From: Octopus bimaculoides
Taxonomy: Eukaryota
Reading direction: 5' to 3'
Assembly (NCBI RefSeq): GCF_001194135.2
Contig: NC_068988.1
Location: 20,306,718 to 20,360,470 of the forward strand
DNA length: 53,753 bases
The translations under genes were made by a program, and so were the position numbers. The notes under the pieces were generated by a model, which had not been told where the DNA came from, did not search any database, and saw only the letters and a program-made list of their open reading frames with translations. The number at the start of each line of letters is the position of its first letter. The first letter of the stretch is position 1. This document shows positions 10,866 through 26,289 of the stretch, piece after piece.

Positions 10866-13800
10866 CACTCACGCACATAAATACACATATACATATATAT
10901 GAACATATACATATATATGAACACATCAGTTTTCTTGATTTTCTTCTTATATCATTGGCAGATGTTACAATTTTCCTGTGATTCAGAAGAGTGAAAACAT
11001 CTGGCTCTGTTGTATGAGTACAGCAAACACTACTCACAGCCAAATACACACGTACAGACCCACAACGTACAACCTAAAACACATATAGTGAGGCATATGC
11101 CTGTGTGTATTGGTGTGTGCCAAACATAATTTAAATTACTTCTCTGACAATTCTTTTACGAATAATGTCTTTTGTGTATTTTAATTTCATTCCAGAATTA
11201 AACATTCTATGCGTACACAATAACGGTATAATGCAAAAGATTAATCGATGAATTTCGGAAAATATAAATGAACTGATACTTCAAAATCGATTGTTTTTTA
11301 ATCTTTATAGTCGATAGGAAATTATTTTGTAAGATCTTTTCTGTAAAACCAGGTATGTGGGTGCTTAGATCATTGACTCTTCAAGAGGTAATATGCAGAT
11401 GAGCAGGGATATCAAGGGTGCGTTCTTCGTATGAATCCGACTTGAAATGTTTTATCCCTAATACCAATATCTCCATAAAATTTTGCAACCTAATGCTAAG
11501 TGCATGATGTAAATACCATTATTATCATCACTATATTCTCATAATGAGCCTGAGAAGGCCTTAAATCCTTAAAAGACTTATCAAACGGGGATTCATGTGT
11601 TCAAAATTCAGCGTAAATGAATAAATGGAAAACGGAAAATCCTTCACAGAAATACCAAACCGAACACAGTCACGTTATTTACATAAGATAGTAAGTTTAA
11701 ATAAATTGACATGAACCCTAAACACTGGCAAACATACATGCAGCGTAATTCAGCGGAAAGATTATGTAAATCTGCTCCAACTACCCACTGACGATTATAC
11801 ATCTAATCACTGATAACAACACCAGGCGCATATCAAACAGAAATATTTATCAGTGCAGCTACATATCGCAGTACATAACCAGGTAGTGGTGGTTTTATCA
11901 TCAATAGCTAAATTATATACACAACGGCCCACGCCAAATAACACCAAATGTAGAAATAGAATATTCCTTTGATTTAAACTACTTTATAGTTTAAATGTTT
12001 CCTCAACTGCTACTTAGAATGCCTTAACACCAACAAGTACGCAATTAACTGATACACAATGTAATCACAAATATTTAACAAAAGATCTAAAGACAGGTAT
12101 AAGTGTATGGGCGAAACAGCAGTATAAACTTCTAACCCTAAGTAAAAACTTATAATCACAGCATAAATACCTGGCAACATCGCAATGCTATTGGTGAGAT
12201 ATGAGTCTATGTATTTTGGGTCTTTTTTTTTTGCTGGAAAGGAATAGTATATAGGGCACTTATACAGAGATATGGTAGGTTCATCTAGAAGCGTTTAATG
12301 TTAGATACAGGCAGCACAACCATCGAAATGTCATCTAGTTAACTTCCAACGGACTCCTGCGATACCAAAAGGTTTGGAAATTACAATTTGGTGATATTGA
12401 AGTAATATTTTGACATCTACTAAAATGATTTCGTACAATTACTTTCACTTCTTAAGAAACATTAACAAATACGTATTCATATGTATACTAATGGAAAAGA
12501 GGATGTGTAGAGGCACATATGGAAAGCCGAGTTACATCTCAGCCGAAATTCAAGATTTGCTATAAAACAGTTTTCACCCTCAAAAATAGTGTGTTCTTTA
12601 GTAATTTGAAATTCCCGTCCCACTGTGTGTCAGTCATAGTTATTTTGGGCGCTATGTTCAGTTCCCGATTGATGCGAATCGTTGTAAACCAATATGGTCG
12701 ACTGACTGATTGGTCATTTATAAAATTTAAAGTCACAGTTGAAGACCACTAACTGCATGTGAACAATGAGATCTTGCACCATTTCTAAGATACTTTTCAC
12801 TTGTTACATGTCCACACACACAAATATATATTATTCACACACACACACACATATATATCTATGTATATATATATATATATATATATNNNNNNNNNNNNNN
12901 NNNNNNNNNNNNNNNNNNNNNNNNNNNNNNNNNNNNNNNNNNNNNNNNNNNNNNNNNNNNNNNNNNNNNNNNNNNNNNNNNNNNNNNNNNNNNNNNNNNN
13001 NNNNNNNNNNNNNNNNNNNNNNNNNNNNNNNNNNNNNNNNNNNNNNNNNNNNNNNNNNNNNNNNNNNNNNNNNNNNNNNNNNNNNNNNNNNNNNNNNNNN
13101 NNNNNNNNNNNNNNNNNNNNNNNNNNNNNNNNNNNNNNNNNNNNNNNNNNNNNNNNNNNNNNNNNNNNNNNNNNNNNNNNNNNNNNNNNNNNNNNNNNNN
13201 NNNNNNNNNNNNNNNNNNNNNNNNNNNNNNNNNNNNNNNNNNNNNNNNNNNNNNNNNNNNNNNNNNNNNNNNNNNNNNNNNNNNNNNNNNNNNNNNNNNN
13301 NNNNNNNNNNNNNNNNNNNNNNNNNNNNNNNNNNNNNNNNNNNNNNNNNNNNNNNNNNNNNNNNNNNNNNNNNNNNNNNNNNNNNNNNNNNNNNNNNNNN
13401 NNNNNNNNNNNNNNNNNNNNNNNNNNNNNNNNNNNNNNNNNNTGTGTGTGTGTGTGTGTATCTTTTACCCTGCATAAAGTTCTAGAACACTTTTAAGTGT
13501 AGATTTGATTAAGGTCGCGTATAGAATCAACATAATTCTCAACAATAATAACAAAATAAAATTTTCCAAAAACAACCTGATTTAATGCATTCCCAACAGC
13601 TCAATAAGTTCTGGACGCAATCTGATTAATTGCTGGAGTCAAATGAAATGAGAAAGCGAAGGAAAATTAAGAGAACTAAATATTGTTGCTGTTTACGTTT
13701 TATATTTTTAATTTTGCGATTTTCGTAATTAAGCATCGGATTGAAGTAGGGAAACGACGATAAAGAAATCTACCTATGTCTACACTTGATGAGAGGGAAA

Positions 13801-13921
13801 ATGGAATTCAAAATTCCCATTAAAAGTTGAAGATAAATTAAAAGAACCTGGACAAGGAATGAGGCAAACTACTTACCGTAACACATACATTAGGTTCGGC
13901 TTTACTATGTATGTATGTATG

Positions 13922-13955
<34 letters not shown>

Positions 13956-14075
13956 TGTATGTATATATCTCTCTCACTCTATATATATATATATATATGT
14001 ATATGTTTGCCTACATACATACACATATACATATATGTATGTGCGTATGTGTGAGTGTGTGTGAGTGAGTGAGCG

Positions 14076-14110
<35 letters not shown>

Positions 14111-14140
14111 ATGTATGTGTGTGTGTGTGTGTGCGTGTGT

Positions 14141-14235
<95 letters not shown>

Positions 14236-15649
14236 CGTTAGAACAATTTTCTGCACAACGCATGTGTATTCAGAATATTCAGTTTCAGTTATATAGACCA
14301 CAGTTTACAAAGGAAAATGCTGAAGCTATTTAGGTCCACTTATATTCTATTCCTTATATTATATCAGAAATGATTCATCGTCAAACAACTCTCAGAAGCT
14401 TACATGAATGTATCTTAAAAGGTGTGCATTTAAAACTTAAATTATCTCGAGGCCTCGCTTGAGTTTATTAAATTTTAGTGAAAAATTATTGCTGAAAGCT
14501 TCGATAATTCAGTCACACCTTTGATTACTATCTGACATATTTGCTACTGAGGAGATTCTTTTTGTATTTGTTAATATATTTATTGCTTTTGGAGTTAAGA
14601 TTTGAGTATTATACTGAAGTAGAAGAATAAGAATGTCATCCTATGAAACCTGTCAAAAGGTTTGTCAGTTTATCAAATTGTAATTTCCTTTAATCAGTGC
14701 AGATTTTCCTACATTAACATGTTGAGTAATTTTAAGCAAGCTGAAACCCTAAAAGCAACTGCTCTCGTTTGACATAATGTGTACAAATTATTTACAAGGA
14801 ACGCGTCGAGAAATTTTGTATACTTTTAATGAGTATCTCAATATATACCTGTATGTACCTGCGTACGTTTTTGTATATGTATGTAAACGTGTGTGTGTCC
14901 CTATGCATGTGTGTATGTGTGCGTATGCAAGGTTGTGTAAGTGAGTGTATACATTGTTCGTGCAGTATGGCCGACTGGTTCAGAAGTTTCTCGTTCAAAA
15001 GTTCTCTGTTTCAATCCGACAGTACGGAATTTTAGGTAAACATATTATATAACGGTTTTATAACAAACATGATCTTATAAATGACATTAAAATTCACACT
15101 CTACCAATTAACGATATATATATATAATGTCAAATGTAAGTATCAATTCACAAACTTGGTGAAAACTATTCGTTGCCTTTTATTCAGAAACGCTGCAATA
15201 TTTCACTTTATGTAATGAAAATGGGAAGAGAAAAGAAACCCGGTAAGATCTGTAATGGAAAATATGTAATGCATTATTTATTTATTTATGTGTTTCAGCC
15301 AAGTGGCTGCGGTCATGCTGGTGCAGAATTTTCGAAATGAAAGGCCTATCACTTTGCTGTATTTGTACCGGTTCCCTGTGCTGTAGCTTCAGAGCCCATC
15401 GGGGTCAACTTTGCCTTACATTTTTCCGGATTGGAGAGGTCGGCAATATAAAGTACCAATCTAGGAGAGTGAACAGGTAGAAATTTTTACACTGCAGAAC
15501 AAGATGACTTGCGGTATTTGATCCGGTATTTTCGTTCTGAATACGCGGGTAGTAAATTTAATATGCTACTTATCTTTACATACCCGTCATTGATCTGTTG
15601 ATAAATATAACGGCGCTCACTCACTTGAAGGATAATAGCCAAGACCTTA

Positions 15650-16200
15650 GTTTCAGAGTATTTTTTTTCTTTCTCCTACCCATATCGGAGATTTGGAAAG
15701 TTTGTATTATGGATGCTGTCATTATCCGTCAGTAAAGGTTGATTAGGAATTTCCTTAACTTATGTATCAAAGGTAATATATCGGACACATATTTCCCTGG
15801 CGTCCAAGCATCTTATATGATACACATCTCCAAGGGTTTCAAAAACGAGAGTAACTTGGAACTCATGAAACTTGATGATATTCGGATTGTATGAAACAGG
15901 GGCTAAATATAAATTCCAAAAACAAATACGGGCGTTAAGAACAAACATAAGCAATTATTTCAGGTGAGAAAAGGATTCAGAAATTTCTAAAAACATTCAC
16001 TAGAATTTTGAATTACTGATCCTGTGTGCTTTGGAGTGATGCCAAGAGAATGTAGTTAAATTCTCATGTTATATCCCGATTTTGGTGTTGAATTTCCCAT
16101 CAGCTGTTTCTTCAGTTCAAATTGCGCAAAACCCGTGTTCAATTTGCGCATACAATTTGCATGCAAATTTGTGTATATCGATTTACATACATTTTGGTAA
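15650..16200 (-). mobile_element. Possible Penelope-like RT C-terminal/linker relic
   Basis: Weak motifs ELKKQL and PVSYNPN resemble PLE thumb/linker (ELK..L; VSTYNP). Heavily decayed. Confidence 0.3.
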
Positions 16201-16278
16201 CATAGATTTTCAGCTGCTAGAGACGCTGGTAAAGAGAATTATGGTACGCAAGTTGCTGTGCACAATTGTATATATATG

Positions 16279-16380
<102 letters not shown>

Positions 16381-16477
16381 CATATACACAAACACTTATT
16401 TACTGAGTAAACAAACCGAGAAGGCTGAAATGAATACTCACACAAACACAAATTAAGGGAATTTACACCCACCCACA

Positions 16478-16516
<39 letters not shown>

Positions 16517-17573
16517 TGCGCACTTATATGAGTATCGATATTAGATTGTAAAAGTTTTGTTATTGTAAAAGTGTAAAAGGTGTCTCGAAATGATACGTTC
16601 AGCTATTTTCATTACATTTTTATATGCCTCTTTCAAAAATATGATTAGCTTTGCCATTCATTAAATTGGCTCCCACTAGTTATAGGCTGGGGTAACGAAA
16701 TTGAGAGTGACAAGAGAAGGTTCGTTACCACCTGGCTGTCACAAATTACTTATTGCAAACTATATTAGCTATACAAACAGAAGTACACACATACACACAC
16801 ACACACATACACACAAACACAAATGCACACAAATATACATATATATATATATATATATATGAGTATATATATGTATACCTGCATATGTATGTGTATCTAA
16901 ACATACATATGTGCATATATATATATATATATATANNNNNNNNNNNNNNNNNNNNNNNNNNNNNNNNNNNNNNNNNNNNNNNNNNNNNNNNNNNNNNNNN
17001 NNNNNNNNNNNNNNNNNNNNNNNNNNNNNNNNNNNNNNNNNNNNNNNNNNNNNNNNNNNNNNNNNNNNNNNNNNNNNNNNNNNNNNNNNNNNNNNNNNNN
17101 NNNNNNNNNNNNNNNNNNNNNNNNNNNNNNNNNNNNNNNNNNNNNNNNNNNNNNNNNNNNNNNNNNNNNNNNNNNNNNNNNNNNNNNNNNNNNNNNNNNN
17201 NNNNNNNNNNNNNNNNNNNNNNNNNNNNNNNNNNNNNNNNNNNNNNNNNNNNNNNNNNNNNNNNNNNNNNNNNNNNNNNNNNNNNNNNNNNNNNNNNNNN
17301 NNNNNNNNNNNNNNNNNNNNNNNNNNNNNNNNNNNNNNNNNNNNNNNNNNNNNNNNNNNNNNNNNNNNNNNNNNNNNNNNNNNNNNNNNNNNNNNNNNNN
17401 NNNNNNNNNNNNNNNNNNNNNNNNNNNNNNNNNNNNNNNNNNNNNNNNNNNNNNNNNNNNNNNNNNNNNNNNNNNNNNNNNNNNNNNNNNNNNNNNNNNN
17501 NNNNNNNNNNNNNNNNNNNNNNNNNNNNNNNNNNNNNNNNNNNNNNNNNNNNNNNNNNNNTATTATTATTATT

Positions 17574-17949
17574 CAGTAGTTTTATTTTTATAACGTGCTT
17601 TCACTTCACTACCGAGCGTAGCTCTGTGCGCCTTGGGTATGTGCTGTGGTTTGCTGTGGTGCTCTTATGTTTACTGTATTGAAAGTGTTTTGCGTAGAAT
17701 GTGTGCAGTACCCAGTAGTGTAATTTTCTGTATGCTATATATATTTGTAAGTCCTGCTATTTTTGTTGTGTATTTGTCTGAATATTTTTTTGTTATACCT
17801 AAGGCACCTACTATGATAGGAATTGTTTCTGTTTTTAGATTCCACATTCGAGTTATCTCTATTTCCAGGTCTTTGTATTTTGAAAGTTTTTCCATTTCTT
17901 TTAGAGAAACGTTGACATCTGCTGGTATTGATACATCAATTAGAAAGCA
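17574..17949 (-). mobile_element. R4/Dong-clade 3' fragment in (TAA)n
   Basis: CFLIDVSIPADVNVSLKEMEKLSKYKDLEIEITRMWNLKTETIPIIVGALG...IQKITLLGTAHILRKTLSIQ* carries a PD-(D/E)xK-type REL signature. (ATT)n lies on both sides. Confidence 0.9.
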
Positions 17950-17984
<35 letters not shown>

Positions 17985-18029
17985 TCAACATCATCATCAT
18001 CACTATTATCATTATTATTATTATTATTG

Positions 18030-18114
<85 letters not shown>

Positions 18115-18173
18115 CATCATCATTATCACGATCATCGTCATCGTCATCGTCATCATCATCATCATCATTATTA

Positions 18174-18231
<58 letters not shown>

Positions 18232-18320
18232 CCTCATCATCATCGTCATCATCATCATCATCATTATCATTGTTATTATTATTATTATTATTATTATCAA
18301 TATTTCGTTGTTATTATTCA
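17950..18320. repeat. (ATT)n/(ATC)n compound microsatellite
   Basis: Direct inspection. Confidence 0.95.
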
Positions 18321-18604
18321 TAGTAGGAAGAGGAGAAGGGGTTTATTATTGTTGTTGTCATTGCCGATGCTGTTGCTGTTCTTTTAGTATTATTTCTTTA
18401 TATGGTTTCTTTTAATTACAAAAATATATATGGAAATTATTGAGCTTTGCATTAGCGCCCACATTCTTGGCAATATCATTTATTACTTTCTTATATCCAC
18501 TTAAAGGAAGTTACGAATTATCGATTGAAAATAAATAAATTTCTTTTGAAATGCATACACACATCTACAAATACATACGTGCACATACACGCGCACACAC
18601 ATAT

Positions 18605-18635
<31 letters not shown>

Positions 18636-18709
18636 TATAGATATAAATAAATATATATGAATTATATATATATATATATATATACTCATACACACAAACA
18701 TATACATGG

Positions 18710-18766
<57 letters not shown>

Positions 18767-18799
18767 GCATGCATATATTAAATTTGTGAGCTGCTCTCT

Positions 18800-19210
18800 T
18801 TCGCTTTTACTTGTTTCAGCCATCTGACTGCGGCCATGCTGGAGCATCGCCTTTAGTCGAGAAAATCAACCCCAGGACTTATTCTTTGTAAGCCTAGTAC
18901 TTATTCTATCGGTATTTTTTGCCGAACCGCTAGGTTACGGGGACGTAAACACACCAGCATCGGTTGTCAAGATATGGTGGGGGGGCCAAACAAACACACA
19001 CAAACACACACACACGCACATATATATATATATATATACATATATACGACGGGCTTCTTTCAGTTTCCGTCTACCAAATCCAGTCACAAGGCTTTGGTCG
19101 GCCCGAGGCTATAGTAGAAGACACTTGCCCATGGTGTCACGCAGTGGGAATGAACCCGGAACAATGTGGTTAGTAAGCAAGCTACTTACCACACAGCCAC
19201 TCTTACACCT
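18800..19210 (-). mobile_element. SINE family B, near full length (tRNA head, body, internal CA/TA microsatellite, tail)
   Basis: Minus-strand head GTGGCTGTGTGGTAAGTAGCTTGCTTACTAACCACATTGTTCCGGGTTCATTCCCACTGCG is tRNA-like with A/B boxes. Parts recur at 10665, 20541 and 53130. Confidence 0.85.
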
Positions 19211-19618
19211 ATGTAAAACTTAGTGCAACTACTCTATCTAAAAATTACATTGTTTTTCTGATGTAGCTTATTTATAATTTGCTACTCAGTTTTTTATTAT
19301 CTATTCCATACGGTACTCCTTATATCCCACCTAGTATTCGTTCTCGCTACTAATAATCCTATTATTTTCGATCAATCCTTCGAACAAAATTTCATTTCTT
19401 CCTACTGTCTAACTGATTACCCAACTAATTCTATCTTCGTTTCTACTTACAACATTTCTGTGTTTGTGTATTTGCGATTACCAATTGTTTTTATATCATA
19501 ATTTGTATGCATACTTATTAAACGAATGCGTACTCGCACACATAACGATGAAAATATATACATACAAACAAACACGTATACATAGACATATACATATGTA
19601 TATATACAGATATATGTT

Positions 19619-19668
<50 letters not shown>

Positions 19669-20423
19669 TATATATATATTATACAGAGATACACTTATAT
19701 ATGTATACATACATATAAACATGTGCGCACAGGCATGCAAAGACACATACATATGTAAAAGAAGCTATATATGTGTGCGTGCGTGTGTGTGTGTGTGTGT
19801 GTGTGAGTGTGTGTGTGTGTGTGTACACTCACAGAGTCTGTGGCACACATACACACACACACACACACACATACATATAATTCTTGTATAAACGTATTAA
19901 TAATATTTGTATCGATGTATTTGTCTGTGCGTGCGCATTTGTGCGTTTACTGGTTTGTATGCTTGTGTGAATATTACCTATACTAAAAACAACTTAGATG
20001 TCGGATTAACAGATTTCTACTTCTAAAAGGCATTAAACAATACAAGTGGATTACGGCTTATATCTTCACGTATTACAAGGCACCCACGCAAACAAATAGT
20101 TCCCTGCAGTTTTCATACACAAATGAACTATATGTTATTATGTTTCAAGCATAGCTTCGGTTCTTACATTTGTTAAGAGTTATTACTAATGTCTGTTATC
20201 CTATTATAGTTGGAATTGTTTTGCATCCATATTGATGAAGCGCCCTCTGGAGAGAGAAATATTTCTATTTGTCTGTCAATCAATTAATCGACTAACCAAA
20301 TCAATCTACCGATCCATCAATCGTGCAATCAGTCAATCAATCTATTTATTTATCTATCTATCTATCCTTGTGTTCTGTGTCTGAGTCTGTGTATGTGCAT
20401 GTATGTTTGTATCTACGTATGGG

Positions 20424-20489
<66 letters not shown>

Positions 20490-20540
20490 TGTGTGTGTAT
20501 GTGTATGTGTGTATAAGTATATATACTTGTATGTATTTAT

Positions 20541-20735
20541 GTGTCTATGTTTGTACCCCACCATCGCTTGATAACAGACGTTGGTATCTTTACGTCCCCA
20601 TTACCTAGCGGTTCGGCAAAAGTGACCGATAGAATATGTACTAGGCTTACAAAGCATAAGTCTTGGAGTCGATTTGTTCAACTAAAGGCGGTGCTCCATC
20701 ATAGCCGTAGTCAAATTACTGAAACAAGTAAAAGA
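20541..20735 (+). mobile_element. SINE family B 3' half
   Basis: Reverse-complement match to 18800-18990. Confidence 0.8.
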
Positions 20736-21067
20736 ATATATATATATGTATGTATATATATACATACATATGCATGTTTGTATATATCTATACACACACA
20801 CGCACATACACACAAACATATATATATACATGTATATATATATATACGTGTGTGTGTATGTATACATACATATACATATATATATATATGTGTGTGTGTG
20901 TCTGTGCGTGTGTGTATACATACATACATGCATACATACATACATACATACATGTACACATGTGTGGTGGGGTATGTAGTTTATCTAGTTACCTACATAT
21001 ATGTGTATCAATCTGTTTATCTATCTAGCTGTTGGTGGAAGTAAGTGCTTACATATAAAAAATAGAC

Positions 21068-21318
21068 AAATCCGCCCTTTTAAAGCCTAGCCAGGCTCAT
21101 GGGCCCGGTTTCCCGATTTCAATGGCGTATGTGTTCCCCAGCTGGACGGGACGCCAGTCCATAGCAGCGTCACTCATTTTTGCCAGCTGAGTGGACTGCA
21201 GCAACGTGAAATGATGTGCTTTGCTAAAAAACACAACGCGTCGCCCGGTCTAGGAATCGAAACCACAATCTTACGATCATGATGCTTACATTTTAACCAC
21301 TAAGCCACGCGTCTCCAC
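21068..21318 (-). mobile_element. tRNA-derived SINE (head + CORE-like body + tail T1)
   Basis: The tail is nearly identical to 2085-2182. The middle (GCAAAGCACATCATTTCACGTTGCTGCAGTCCACTCAGCTGGCAAAAATGAGT) differs from body X. Confidence 0.85.
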
Positions 21319-21375
21319 AGTGCTTACATATCCACTCCCTCTATATACCTTTCTGTGTGTGTATCTCTGTGTGAA

Positions 21376-21406
<31 letters not shown>

Positions 21407-22222
21407 CTGTATATGAAATGACATGTGTGTGTGTGTGTGTGTGTGCTTGCGCTGAAACAGACCGCGGTGGGGTAAGATTCGCAGCAAATACTGCGTGGCA
21501 AATTATGAAACACACTACGAGCTTACCAAATCACCATACTCACGCGAAACAATCAGAAAGAGAGCAAGAGAAATATTTTCTTACCCTGACACGAAATCGT
21601 AATCTTTGACATACGATTATTTGCAGCACACATGTCAGACCGCTAATAGGAAATCTCAACTATGCGGTTAAACTTCGCCATACCTAGCGACACAGTGTGT
21701 ATTAGTTTCCGTATTTTTCATGTGTGAATGTGGAAAACCGATTCCTACCAACGTACAGCGATTCAGTGTTTAAATTCTCGGCGTAATTCTTTAACCATGT
21801 ATGCATAATTCATCAGTACAAGTTTTGGAAATAGTCAACGCTCTCTCGTAATTTACCTAAAACATTCTCATAGCCTTTTCCTTCGCTCTCATTTATTATG
21901 TACATTCACCATCATCTAAGGTACTTTCGTTGATTTATTCTCGTTCCTTCATTGTTACACTATCTCAACCGTTAATCCACATTCAATATCCTTTGCTTTC
22001 AGTCACTCATATTCACGTTTACGTTTATTTGCTTTACAATTTTTATTTTTATTTTTATCACTTTTTTTCTCTTCTTTTTTGGTGTGGAGCGGCTACATAG
22101 TTAGTTACTCTCTACAATCTTCGTTCGCATTCATTAATTCTAGTTTCATTATTCATCATTGTCTCATTTAATTTATTCGTTTATTATTATCATTAATATT
22201 GTCATTCTTCCTCTATTTCTTC

Positions 22223-22327
<105 letters not shown>

Positions 22328-22767
22328 GATTTCCCCTAATGATTGAAGTTCTGTCTTCTCTAAATTCATGAACACTTCCTTCATCTTTTACCTGATTTTT
22401 CTCTTGCAATTCAACAGTTCATTTCCTATTCCGGTTAGATAGGGAAATAACATCACTATATATCAATACCATCCCCTCTCATTTTCTTTTTAACTTCTAA
22501 CACCTAAGTGTTTTAATAAAATGGCGGTTGCTCCGTAATAACTGCCACAATAATAAACGGTCTCATAACGACCGTTCTGCATTGACGGGCGCCGACACAA
22601 GATAGAATTTAGCACTAATGACTTGGACACTTCTTGCATATTAATGGCCTAAACTACTGCCTCTTCATACACACATTGCGACGTACTAACACATGACCTA
22701 CTTTCATAAGAATTAAAAAGCAATGAACGCATATGTTGTTCTTCAGATAAAATAAATATTTCCTCTG

Positions 22768-22813
<46 letters not shown>

Positions 22814-23417
22814 TCGTGTCGATATAATATATGCACATGGAAAAATTCGGCAATCAATGGGCAATAACGACCAATAACAACTTAGAACGAAAGTATATAA
22901 TTAATGCTCCTCCTCTGTATATAGAAGGAAGACATATGACCACGATTGAATTGGGCTGGTAGTATCAAAGTGATAAAAATAACTTCAAAAATTAGAAGAA
23001 AATAGAAATGTTTGGAGGAAAATATTCGTGAATCACCTGTCGATAAGGAATAACAGCTATATACACATAAATACGAACATAATTCTATGTATGTATACAT
23101 ATCCTTCTATCCATCCATCCATCCATCATTACATACATATATACACACACACATATATCTATTTATCGATCTATCTATGTATCTATCTATCTATCTATCT
23201 ATCTATCTACATATATATAGTTAGACCAGACGAATGTCTAACTACCCTCCATGTTTGTTTTCGTTCGGTTTCCTTGTACGTCTCCATTGTCCAGTTTTTG
23301 TTACCAACTTTGACCCTNNNNNNNNNNNNNNNNNNNNNNNNNNNNNNNNNNNNNNNNNNNNNNNNNNNNNNNNNNNNNNNNNNNNNNNNNNNNNNNNNNN
23401 NNNNNNNNNNNNNNNNN

Positions 23418-23449
<32 letters not shown>

Positions 23450-23453
<4 letters not shown>

Positions 23454-23830
23454 TTCTCCTGTGCTCTCGACCTCACTGGACAGCAAGTTAGCGTTACTGG
23501 TTTCTGCTGGATGCGCTTTCCTCTACATACGGTCATGTAATTGTGACCTCTTTCATGTCTGTTATGAAATGTTCTGAGCCCTATAATTTTCCTTCTCTCC
23601 GCCTTTTCGTTTCTCCTCCGGTGAGCAAGTGACCTGATAGTTTTGTTCTCCTTTATATGGTAATTTCACTAAACTGCCTTGTGATGCTTTCTTTAGAATG
23701 TCTTCATTGATTACTAAGTCTTGCCATTACATTCTTCAAAATTTTCACAAGCATCTTTAGTTTTCTATCGATATTCAGCGTACTCTTCCTTGCAACACTG
23801 GTATAAATAACTGTTGGTAGAGCCGGCCCA
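23450..23830 (-). mobile_element. Possible RTE-clade LINE RT C-terminal relic
   Basis: SEITI*RRTKLSGHL and HNRHERGH resemble RTE C-terminal motifs (RRL.FAGHC; HG.R.RG). Decayed. Confidence 0.3.
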
Positions 23831-24022
23831 GATTGTGCACATTCATTTCTTTAAAAAAAAGATCCCCAAATTATTGAGTCCAAAAAGTCCCGAAATGATC
23901 TAAGTTGAAGTATTCCTGCATATGTAGCATCACATTGCATAAACTTTTGGCTACATCACAGAGCTCTCTGTGTATGTATGCAGATACACATAAATGTACG
24001 ATATCATGTACTGTATGTGCGT

Positions 24023-24371
24023 GTTGGCATTCCGTCGATTACGGCGTCGAGAGTTCCAGTTGATCCGATCAACGGAACGGCCTGCTCGTGAAATTAACGT
24101 GCAAGTGGCTGAGCACTCCACAGACACATGTGCCCTTAACGTAGTTCTCGGGGATATTCAGCATGACACAGTGTGACAAGGCTGACCCTTTGAATTACAG
24201 GCACAACAGAAACAGGAAGTAAGAGTGAGAGAAAGTTGTGGTGAAAGAGTACAGCAGGGTTCGCCACCATCCCCTGCCGGAGCCTCTCACAACGCCCGGT
24301 CTGGGAATCGAAACCGTAATGCTATGACCGTGAGTCCACTGCCCTAACCAATGGGCCATTGCGCCTCCACT
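24023..24371 (-). mobile_element. tRNA-derived SINE (head H + body X + tail T2)
   Basis: Reverse complement aligns over its whole length with 46467-46837. Confidence 0.9.
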
Positions 24372-25200
24372 ATTATTTACTATCTCAGATAAAAATAGCT
24401 TTAGCTGTAGTCTAACTGTACATATCACCTCTCGCTATCAACCTCTCATTATTATTTCCTCTCTCTTTCACCTCGTTTTCGTTCTGCCCCCTCTCCCCCC
24501 CCTCTTTCTCTCTATCTATCTAAATGCCTACGCCTCATACACATACGCATTCACCCATATATACATATATTTGTACATGAATATATCTCTGTGAGTATAT
24601 CCACTGTGGTACTTATATATATTTATTCTATTATTATTTAGTTTTGCTCTTGTTTTTCAAAGAATTCATTTCTCAATGCAAAAAGTTTCTGAATTGTAAT
24701 AATAATGAGAAGCTCTTTTATTTTTACCTTTCGGCAAAATAGAGTGTTTCGCCTTAACATTTACGAATTTATTACTCAATCGGAATATCATTAACAGACT
24801 ATCGAAAATATTGCCGGAAGCAACTTGTCCAACAATCTCACAAGATTCAGAGAAATCAGAAAAAAATGTCAGTCGGAAAATATTATAGTTTTGGATGAGA
24901 CATCTATGATGGCGTGTACATCTTTGAAACTTTCAAGCAAATAGGAATAACAAGGAGGAATTTGATGGGATTCAATCAAGAAATTTTTATTAATAGTTCT
25001 CTAATTTTAGAGAATAGTTTTCTTGTTATTGTTGATTGTGTATTTGCTGTTGTTGCATCTGTTATTTGGGTTGTCTTAATTGAGTTGTTCTAATATGTGT
25101 GTGTGTGTGTGTGTGTGTTTGTGTGTGTGCGTGTGTGTGTGTGTCTCTGTGTGTGTGTGCGAGTGTGTGCGTGTGAGTGTGGCGTATACGTGTGTGTGTA

Positions 25201-25232
<32 letters not shown>

Positions 25233-25779
25233 NNNNNNNNNNNNNNNNNNNNNNNNNNNNNNNNNNNNNNNNNNNNNNNNNNNNNNNNNNNNNNNNNNNN
25301 NNNNNNNNNNNNNNNNNNNNNNNNNNNNNNNNNNNNNNNNNNNNNNNNNNNNNNNNNNNNNNNNNNNNNNNNNNNNNNNNNNNNNNNNNNNNNNNNNNNN
25401 NNNNNNNNNNNNNNNNNNNNNNNNNNNNNNNNNNNNNNNNNNNNNNNNNNNNNNNNNNNNNNNNNNNNNNNNNNNNNNNNNNNNNNNNNNNNNNNNNNNN
25501 NNNNNNNNNNNNNNNNNNNNNNNNNNNNNNNNNNNNNNNNNNNNNNNNNNNNNNNNNNNNNNNNNNNNNNNNNNNNNNNNNNNNNNNNNNNNNNNNNNNN
25601 NNNNNNNNNNNNNNNNNNNNNNNNNNNNNNATATATATATATATATATATATACATGCATATACCGGCGGTGATCAATATACTAGCAATAGATTTTAGCT
25701 AATTTTTTCCTGTTTGAAATATGACAAATTCAAAACAGGTCTTATAATTTGGTCCCAAATTTGGGTGGGTGGGGCTAAT

Positions 25780-25950
25780 TTAAGCAAATCAGCCCCAATG
25801 TTCAAATGGTACGTATTTTATCGACCCTCAGATGATGAGAGGCACAGTTAACTTCGGCTGAATTTGAACGCATAGAGTCTATACTATAGACGGACGAAAT
25901 GCCGCTAAGAACTTTGTACGACCGACCTGCTTAACGATACTGCTAGATCG
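25780..25950 (-). mobile_element. SINE family A, diverged
   Basis: Contains TTTATCGACCC...ATGA.AGGCA.AGT..ACTTCGGCTGAATTTGAAC...GACGAAATGCCGCTAAG. Confidence 0.65.
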
Positions 25951-26289
25951 CCATCTTAAAGCAATTTTACTATACTATATTATTTATGCATTATACTTCA
26001 TGATAATTTTCTTCTCTTTATTTTTTCTATATTATTTGGAGCGCCGATGGATGGATTTGCAGACATTAAAACTACTGAATTTCGGTAATGTTACGCGAGG
26101 TGCGGTTTTTAAACCATTTTGGCATTCCACAAATAAAGGAAAACTAGCTCTGGCAAGCATAATTCAGAAAGGAACGCAAAGAAAACAGAGAGGGACCGCA
26201 AACTGGCAAAACGTACTGTGTTAAAAGAAAGTATTAAATTATGGGAGCAAATGTGACACAAGAGATAAAGTGCCATCTTGTTAGAACTA

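Noticed and set aside
20230-20265. TTGATGAAG...GAGAGAAA hammerhead-like string
   Set aside because: C3 is missing, stem II is weak and there is no stem I.
24860-24930. NIIVLDETSMM resembling a PIF1/Helitron helicase motif
   Set aside because: It is a single short motif with no other helicase motifs in frame.
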